A stretch of DNA of 64,000 nt from positions 1 to 64,000 of the IMG/VR virus record IMGVR_UViG_3300028734_000012, one strand, 5' to 3'. A model generated the notes under the pieces. That model did not search any database. It was not told where the DNA came from and saw nothing but the letters and a program-made list of their open reading frames with translations. Of this stretch, positions 58,030-64,000 are shown piece after piece (the stretch's first letter is position 1; every line of letters starts with the position of its first letter). Origin of the DNA: a virus. A program made the position numbers and the translations under genes.

Positions 58030-58371
58030 TTGAAGAAGGTGATATATTTGTCAGAAATTTTGATTGATTTTAATGATAATTGGAATAAGGATATTTGCCC
58101 ACATAGTCCATCGTATTTTATTAATGACAATTTTTCAAAATATAATATCGATGGAAGGAAAATTATTTTATCTCAAATTCCTTTGATATGGATTGATACT
58201 ACTAAAAATAATAAGGTTTATTGTATCTTTTGGGGGAGTACAGAATGTGTTGGCAGAATTTCTGCTAGAAATAATAATAAACAAAACAAGTTTAAAAAAT
58301 TAAGAGAAGAAATTATACAAGTAAACCAAAAAAGACAAGAGTTGTCTTTCGCTGTAAAAGCAATTCGATGA
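58030..58371 (+). CDS. hypothetical protein
   Basis: ORF; start uncertain. Confidence 0.5.
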   Translation: MKKVIYLSEILIDFNDNWNKDICPHSPSYFINDNFSKYNIDGRKIILSQIPLIWIDTTKNNKVYCIFWGSTECVGRISARNNNKQNKFKKLREEIIQVNQKRQELSFAVKAIR

Positions 58372-58555
58372 AACTTTGATTTTATTCTCAAAATTTTTCA
58401 AATTCGGTAGATTTTAGTGAAATCGTGTCCACAGGAGACACTTTTTTATAGGGGGTAGGGTAATCTTATACCCAAAATTATCGTGTCATACAGAGCCTTC
58501 TAGGGCATCTAAAAATCATGATAAAATAATACAATGAATTAAAGGGGTAAATGTC

Positions 58556-58771
58556 ATGGCAATGGGTAATTTTTGTTACATTGAGGGTACGGAGTGCCCC
58601 TACGCGACAGTTATGGGTAGTTGCAAGTATGAGGACAGTGGACTGTGTACCATGCATGGTGACGATATGCCAGATGAAAAGAAAAATAAAGCAAGCGAAG
58701 AAAATAAAGTTTTTAAGTTAAGAGATTATGGAATGTCAATGTTATTTAATATAAATTTTGGTAAAATATAA
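58556..58771 (+). CDS. small Cys-rich protein
   Basis: ORF, RBS. Confidence 0.6.
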   Translation: MAMGNFCYIEGTECPYATVMGSCKYEDSGLCTMHGDDMPDEKKNKASEENKVFKLRDYGMSMLFNINFGKI

Positions 58772-58800
58772 TAACAAAACCAAATGAAAGGAGAAACAAG

Positions 58801-59118
58801 ATGAACGAAGAAAATCTAAAAAAATATATAAAACTACAGCAAATAGGAATTGATACATTTAAGTCATTGGAAGAACAAAATAGGATATACGATTTTACAA
58901 ATGAAATCAATAATCATCAAGAAATCATTGATTGCATTTCAAAACAAATATCCGAAAAACCAGTTTCTGGATTAGGGTTAAGTAGTGTTTTTATTCATGA
59001 TGATGGCGGTGCAGATGATTTATTGAAATTTACATTACACTGTAAGCGGTGTGGTCATGCACTAGAGATAGGCGAAGATTACTGCATGAAATGCGGTCAA
59101 AAAATAGATAAAAATTAA
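58801..59118 (+). CDS. Zn-ribbon protein
   Basis: CKRCG and YCMKCGQKID. Confidence 0.75.
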   Translation: MNEENLKKYIKLQQIGIDTFKSLEEQNRIYDFTNEINNHQEIIDCISKQISEKPVSGLGLSSVFIHDDGGADDLLKFTLHCKRCGHALEIGEDYCMKCGQKIDKN

Positions 59119-59131
59119 AGGAGAAATTCAA

Positions 59132-59422
59132 ATGGAATTTTTAATGTTCTATATCATTAGCACAATTATTACTTTAATAATAGCGTTTATTGTCTTAAAA
59201 GGTACTTGCGTTAGTTTGCAACGTCAAAATGAAAAGTTCAAAAAGGCAACAAAAAGTGTATCTTTTTGGGAGAAGCTAATGTTTTCACTTCCTTGTTTCG
59301 TGCCGTGTATTAATTGCTTACTTGCATTGTTTTTAATTTGCGGTGGCTTTTTAACAATTAAATATGTTGTCAATTACATAGTATACGGTGATACCGACGG
59401 CGAACCATATTCCTATAGATAA
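59132..59422 (+). CDS. two-TM membrane protein (paralog of 57034)
   Basis: MEFLMFYIISTII...P.IN. Confidence 0.7.
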   Translation: MEFLMFYIISTIITLIIAFIVLKGTCVSLQRQNEKFKKATKSVSFWEKLMFSLPCFVPCINCLLALFLICGGFLTIKYVVNYIVYGDTDGEPYSYR

Positions 59423-59474
59423 TAATCATAATTTATTTTAAATTGCATATAATATAAAATAAGGTGGTGATATT

Positions 59475-59885
59475 TTGAAAGTATGTACTGTATGTTGGGA
59501 TAAGAGTTGTAATCATAGCTATCAATATAAAGCAGAGATTGATGATAATATTTCGGATATTATTTGTATTCTAAATAGAAAAGGATACAAAACGTTGTAT
59601 TGTTGTGGTGGTCACATTTCGGAAGATAATATATTGCAAGGTTATCTTCCGAATATTTATATAGCTTTTAATAAATATAATAGCAAAGTAATTAATATGG
59701 ATACTAGCCCATTGGGTGAAAATTGGACTTGGAATAAAACGAATGCTACACTAAGATATTTTTTAAAAGAAGCAAAACAATTTAAAAATAAATCAATGAA
59801 TGATAAAGATATTTTATTAGTAACTGATATTTTAAATAACGAGATAAATAGACTAAAAGAATTTGTTATATTACTTGACAAATAA
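59475..59885 (+). CDS. conserved-type phage protein
   Basis: ID..I...I..LN.KGY.T..CC.GH motif. Confidence 0.7.
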   Translation: MKVCTVCWDKSCNHSYQYKAEIDDNISDIICILNRKGYKTLYCCGGHISEDNILQGYLPNIYIAFNKYNSKVINMDTSPLGENWTWNKTNATLRYFLKEAKQFKNKSMNDKDILLVTDILNNEINRLKEFVILLDK

Positions 59886-59942
59886 ACAAATCTAAGGTAT
59901 AATACATCTACAAGATAAGACACAATAAAAGGAGAAAGAGAA

Positions 59943-61067
59943 ATGGGAAAATTAGCTTATATACCCGAACTTGAAAAAGCAACATTAGTTAGAAAATTTA
60001 TACCTAGACTTATTAATATAGATGAAAGTATTGAAAGCGCTTATGGGTATTATTACAAAAATAATGGTAGTGATGGATTACACTATCAGCCAAAAGATGC
60101 AACCTTTTTAATAGAAGACGGTAATCCACGCACAGCTTTTAAAAAATGCGAAGAATACATTAATTCGTTGCCAGTACAAGCTACTATTCCACAAACAAGA
60201 AGAATGTATAATGCCTATGCTCCATATTATGACAGTTATGATATTGCATGGAAACCAATCCTTGTCGATGCTAAAGAAGATAAGGATGATATCTATACTT
60301 ATTCATATCTTGCGAACACCTACAAAATTCCTAAAAAATTTGTATTCTTCTTTGATAATTTTGAATATGCAACTGGTCGCGAGGGCTGTGTAGCAATTAT
60401 TAATAAATATCTTAACAAAAATATCTGTAATACATGTGATTACAGAGATATCGATATTAATTTAAAATGCAATAGTTGTATCAATGCTGGATATGTTGAT
60501 GGGGTCGGCACAATTTGCAGACTGGTCAAAAAAGAAAAAAATGTAACGTTGTGCGTTAATCCTAATGTAAACTTAAATGAGAACGTTATTTGTAAAGACT
60601 ATATCCCCGTTTCTGCTGTCAGATGGGATGGATTTGACCGTTACATGAAAGCTATGAAGGACTGCTACTATAATCCTAGCTGTGGCTATATAAGGTCACA
60701 TATGCTAACTGGTAATACCTTTGAGGGTAATTTCCCACAAGCTGTAAAGGTCGAAGTGAAAAACCTATATCTTAAAGGCAGATTAATTGAATCAATTTGG
60801 ATTCCTGTTGATAAATGGACAAGTAGAACGTTCATCGACGATGAAAAAATCTACACTAAATTCATTAAGTATAAAGAAATCAAGGGTTCAACCTTAAATC
60901 ATTTAGGACTTGTCTATGTATCTGAAATTCCCTACGTTAAGGATATTACTTTTATAGAAACAAGATTAAAGTTTATTCAATCAATTACTTATAAAGATAG
61001 TGATAAACCGCCATTTGATGCTGATGAAAATTATGCCGAATATATAGACAGTTTAATAAGAGACTAA
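59943..61067 (+). CDS. Cys-rich hypothetical protein
   Basis: 374-aa ORF, RBS, promoter. Confidence 0.75.
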   Translation: MGKLAYIPELEKATLVRKFIPRLINIDESIESAYGYYYKNNGSDGLHYQPKDATFLIEDGNPRTAFKKCEEYINSLPVQATIPQTRRMYNAYAPYYDSYDIAWKPILVDAKEDKDDIYTYSYLANTYKIPKKFVFFFDNFEYATGREGCVAIINKYLNKNICNTCDYRDIDINLKCNSCINAGYVDGVGTICRLVKKEKNVTLCVNPNVNLNENVICKDYIPVSAVRWDGFDRYMKAMKDCYYNPSCGYIRSHMLTGNTFEGNFPQAVKVEVKNLYLKGRLIESIWIPVDKWTSRTFIDDEKIYTKFIKYKEIKGSTLNHLGLVYVSEIPYVKDITFIETRLKFIQSITYKDSDKPPFDADENYAEYIDSLIRD

Positions 61068-61087
61068 TGTTTCATTGGATTTTATGA

Positions 61088-61256
61088 GGGCGGTAATTCT
61101 ATGCTAGACCCTATTTCGCAAGTTACGCTAATGTTTATATGGTCTAAGTGCCAAAAAGGGGGTGGTAATTCTATGCTAACTTTTTATCAACGTTTAAGCC
61201 ATATTTGATATGAGCAAAACAATGATTTTAAGAGAGTTCGCCCCTCTTATCTTATA
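61088..61256 (+). repeat. iteron-like element copy 2
   Basis: Boxes at 61088 and 61160 (72 bp apart), tail at 61237-61256. Confidence 0.85.
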
Positions 61257-61314
61257 CGCATCTTTCGTCCCATTCCTAATAACAAATAAATATAATACAT
61301 AAAAGGAGAAACAC

Positions 61315-62085
61315 ATGTTTTTTGATAAAAATAAAGTTAAAGAATCTATGAAAGAGTATGATAAAAATCCAATATTTAAAGGTGACACAACAGAAGAAAA
61401 AAGTATTTTAACTTCTTCTCCTACAACACAAGAAGATTGGCAATGGGTGGAAGGGTTTAAAGCTACGGATTTAGACCTACGTTGCTATGGTAAATTTCAG
61501 TATGAGGTAGGAAAGCAATCCGATATTACAAATGATAGACCTATTAAGTTATGTTCTAATGGTTTTCATTTCTGTAAAGAATTGCCTCATGTATTTTATT
61601 CTATTGGTAATTATTATAATTGTAGATACTTTAAATGTAAAGCTTTAGTAGACGTTAATAGCAATACATATAAAGATTACGGTAAAATTTCTGAATCACA
61701 CGATTACTATTTTGGTAAAAAAATAAGCTGTGTACTTGTAGCTAAATCTATTATTCTAACAGAAGAAATAGCTATTAAAGATACATATAGTGATTTCTTT
61801 AAATCTTTAGAACTTTGTTTGTCTTTACAATGTGCAACACAGTATCGTGAAGTAAACTCTTTAGAAATGTATTTATTAGTGTATAAATATAAAAGTGTTT
61901 ATAACGCACATCATCATTTATTTAAAGAATATATGGTTAGTTTAGGATTTAGTGAAACCTTTTCAACAATACTACATCCTAAAAACTTTGATATAATTAA
62001 AAAATTTGCTAAAGCTATGGTAGATGAAGGTGTCTCAAAAGATATGGCTGTTTACCTAATTTTAGAGAAATGTAGGGAATCTTAA
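61315..62085 (+). CDS. conserved-type phage protein
   Basis: GFK..D..L.C..FQYEVG...C.NGFHFC domain. Confidence 0.75.
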   Translation: MFFDKNKVKESMKEYDKNPIFKGDTTEEKSILTSSPTTQEDWQWVEGFKATDLDLRCYGKFQYEVGKQSDITNDRPIKLCSNGFHFCKELPHVFYSIGNYYNCRYFKCKALVDVNSNTYKDYGKISESHDYYFGKKISCVLVAKSIILTEEIAIKDTYSDFFKSLELCLSLQCATQYREVNSLEMYLLVYKYKSVYNAHHHLFKEYMVSLGFSETFSTILHPKNFDIIKKFAKAMVDEGVSKDMAVYLILEKCRES

Positions 62086-62786
62086 TGTTTGGAGTAACTA
62101 ATGATTTTATGGATTTAGATAAGGACTTAGGTTTGTTTGAGCCTTTTGGTAATCCTAAAGGTTTTATTAAAAAGGATGCCGCAGAGACTACATATAGAAC
62201 TAAATCTTCCGAAAGTTTTATGGGGTTGCAATTCCTCAATAAATATCTTAAAAGTTATAGGTGCTTTATTGCGGGTGGCTGTTTTAAGAACATCTTCACG
62301 TCGCAAAAATTTAAAGATATCGATATGTTTTTCTTTGATGAAGCGGCATTCAACGAAGTAGATTTATTAATAAAAGCTGATTCGGATTACACGTTACGTT
62401 ATGAGAATGACAAAGTAATTGCCTATAACCATAAAGATAATGACGTTGTTTTAGAATTGATTAGGTCAACATTCGGTTTTTATGAAGAGGTTATGAATCG
62501 GTTTGATTGGACTATAACTAAATTCGCTTATTACAAAATAGCTAACGGTGAAACAGACCAGTATCAAACTGTTTATCATAAGGATTTCTTTGAACACTTG
62601 CTACAGCATAGATTAGTAGCGGATAATATACTGCCATACCCTGTTAGTTCATTTGAGAGAGCATTACGCTACAAAGGATATGGATATAGTATGTGTAGGG
62701 AAACAAAGGTAAAACTGATTCAAGCAATTAAGGATTCGCAATTAGACGAAGATTTATCTGCAAGTTTATACGATGGGGTAGATTGA
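62085..62786 (+). CDS. Pol-beta superfamily nucleotidyltransferase
   Basis: IAGGC, KDID.FF, FDWT, R..RY..YGY. Confidence 0.8.
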   Translation: MFGVTNDFMDLDKDLGLFEPFGNPKGFIKKDAAETTYRTKSSESFMGLQFLNKYLKSYRCFIAGGCFKNIFTSQKFKDIDMFFFDEAAFNEVDLLIKADSDYTLRYENDKVIAYNHKDNDVVLELIRSTFGFYEEVMNRFDWTITKFAYYKIANGETDQYQTVYHKDFFEHLLQHRLVADNILPYPVSSFERALRYKGYGYSMCRETKVKLIQAIKDSQLDEDLSASLYDGVD

Positions 62787-63133
62787 TTTTTATACTCATT
62801 TTTACATAAGACCACTTTTTTATACTTGCCCCCGTCCCCCACCCACACTTCAAAACGATATGGTCAAATTTTAATTTTTATTTTTTTTAAAAAATTGAAT
62901 TTGCAATTAATCAATTAAATTAAGAATTAAATTACCATATATCCTATTTATATGCAAAATCAATACCGCATATGCCAAATAAATGAATAAACCTCTACAA
63001 AATTACATCTCACTCATACTGTGAACAGTTTATGAACGAATTTATAAACTACGTTTATGAACTAATTGATAAACTATGTTTATGAACTACACAGTAAATC
63101 ATATTAAATATAAAGAATATAGAGGATAATATA

Positions 63134-63355
63134 ATGAATGAATTTAACGTTCCGTTGGATAATAATGCAAGAGTAAATCTAGTTACTGCAAGCGCACCAG
63201 AAGTCGTCTTTAGCAATAATAATATCAATGGAATTAATGCAATTAAAGAACTTAATGATACATTGAAAACTGCAAACGATGGCATCTCTAAAATGTACGC
63301 ACAATATAAGGATATGATAAATTCCATAATATGGGAAAAATATGGTCGCACATAG
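63134..63355 (+). CDS. hypothetical protein
   Basis: ORF, GAGGA RBS. Confidence 0.5.
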   Translation: MNEFNVPLDNNARVNLVTASAPEVVFSNNNINGINAIKELNDTLKTANDGISKMYAQYKDMINSIIWEKYGRT

Positions 63356-63452
63356 CAAAAGATATGCACTTTTATCACTTTAAATTAATAAAATAATAAA
63401 ATATACATATCTTTTTGTTCAAATTTATTAAGTTTTACTTGAATTAATGCTA

Positions 63453-63674
63453 TTATTCTTCAATAATGTTAAAAATCTTGCCATTTAATTGTTTTTCAAA
63501 GCCATATTGCTTAAATTTAACTTCTTTTTTGATTTTTTCTTGATTTTTTACGTCATAATCAATATAAAACGTATCATTATCTTCATTCAAAATTAAATAT
63601 TTTTTATCCATTTTTAATTCAATTCCAGTAACACCATCTGTAATATCTTCTGTGAACACCATATACTTATTCAT
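63453..63674 (-). CDS. hypothetical protein
   Basis: ORF, RBS. Confidence 0.6.
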   Translation of the reverse strand: MNKYMVFTEDITDGVTGIELKMDKKYLILNEDNDTFYIDYDVKNQEKIKKEVKFKQYGFEKQLNGKIFNIIEE

Positions 63675-63691
63675 GTAATCCCCTTATTGTT

Positions 63692-63994
63692 TTAATATAT
63701 TACTATTTTAATTTTATTAGAATTATCAACTATAGTTTCCTTTATGTCATTTACAGTTGATTTAGAGAATACACCAATATCTCCATAATTATCAATGTTA
63801 GGTATTCCACCATATCTATCTGTAAAAATCGCAGGTAATAATACAGCATTTAGATTTTCAAACTTATGTCTTACAGTGCTTTTAATATTACGATATTTGT
63901 TTGCATTGATAGAATCTTGATATACAAATACACCATATAATTTATTATTATATTTTATAGATATATCTATACCATCAAATATATCTGTTCTCAA
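63692..63994 (-). CDS. hypothetical protein (may be truncated by window end)
   Basis: ORF. Confidence 0.55.
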   Translation of the reverse strand: MRTDIFDGIDISIKYNNKLYGVFVYQDSINANKYRNIKSTVRHKFENLNAVLLPAIFTDRYGGIPNIDNYGDIGVFSKSTVNDIKETIVDNSNKIKIVIY

Positions 63995-64000
63995 ATCGTA

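Overview
AT-rich segment of a large, probably jumbo-type, bacteriophage of a low-GC Gram-positive host (Firmicutes/Clostridia-like: consensus TTGACA-N17-TATAAT promoters and AGGAGG-type RBS). No virion, terminase or polymerase genes are visible, so this looks like an early/accessory host-takeover region. Strand blocks: 116-19537 (-), 19732-42009 (+), 42367-43854 (-), a 1.5 kb non-coding gap, 45378-63355 (+), then (-). Recognisable genes: (1) six amidoligase (COOH-NH2 ligase type 2) paralogs with a class II glutamine amidotransferase and a gamma-glutamylcyclotransferase; (2) a NAD+ salvage set (NadM-like, PncA, Prs-like, NAMPT-fold enzyme lacking the nicotinamide-specific Asp, NadE); (3) a J-domain/pseudokinase, vWA and PurA-like trio; (4) RepL-like, PemK-like, SAM-lyase-like and nucleotidyltransferase genes; (5) two disrupted genes (SPFH, DnaJ). 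RNA genes: seven canonical tRNAs, two tRNAs with aberrant anticodon arms and a circularly permuted, YrlA-like tRNA mimic. Non-genic structure: about 45-50 copies of an 18-bp palindrome (TTCATATT-NN-AATATGAA) confined to 1-44.4 kb; a 116-bp inverted duplication; a two-copy iteron-like element whose 25-bp core is flipped between copies; a gene inside 25-bp inverted repeats; and families of micro-ORFs missed by the ORF track. All functional calls come from motif recognition by eye; no searches were run.
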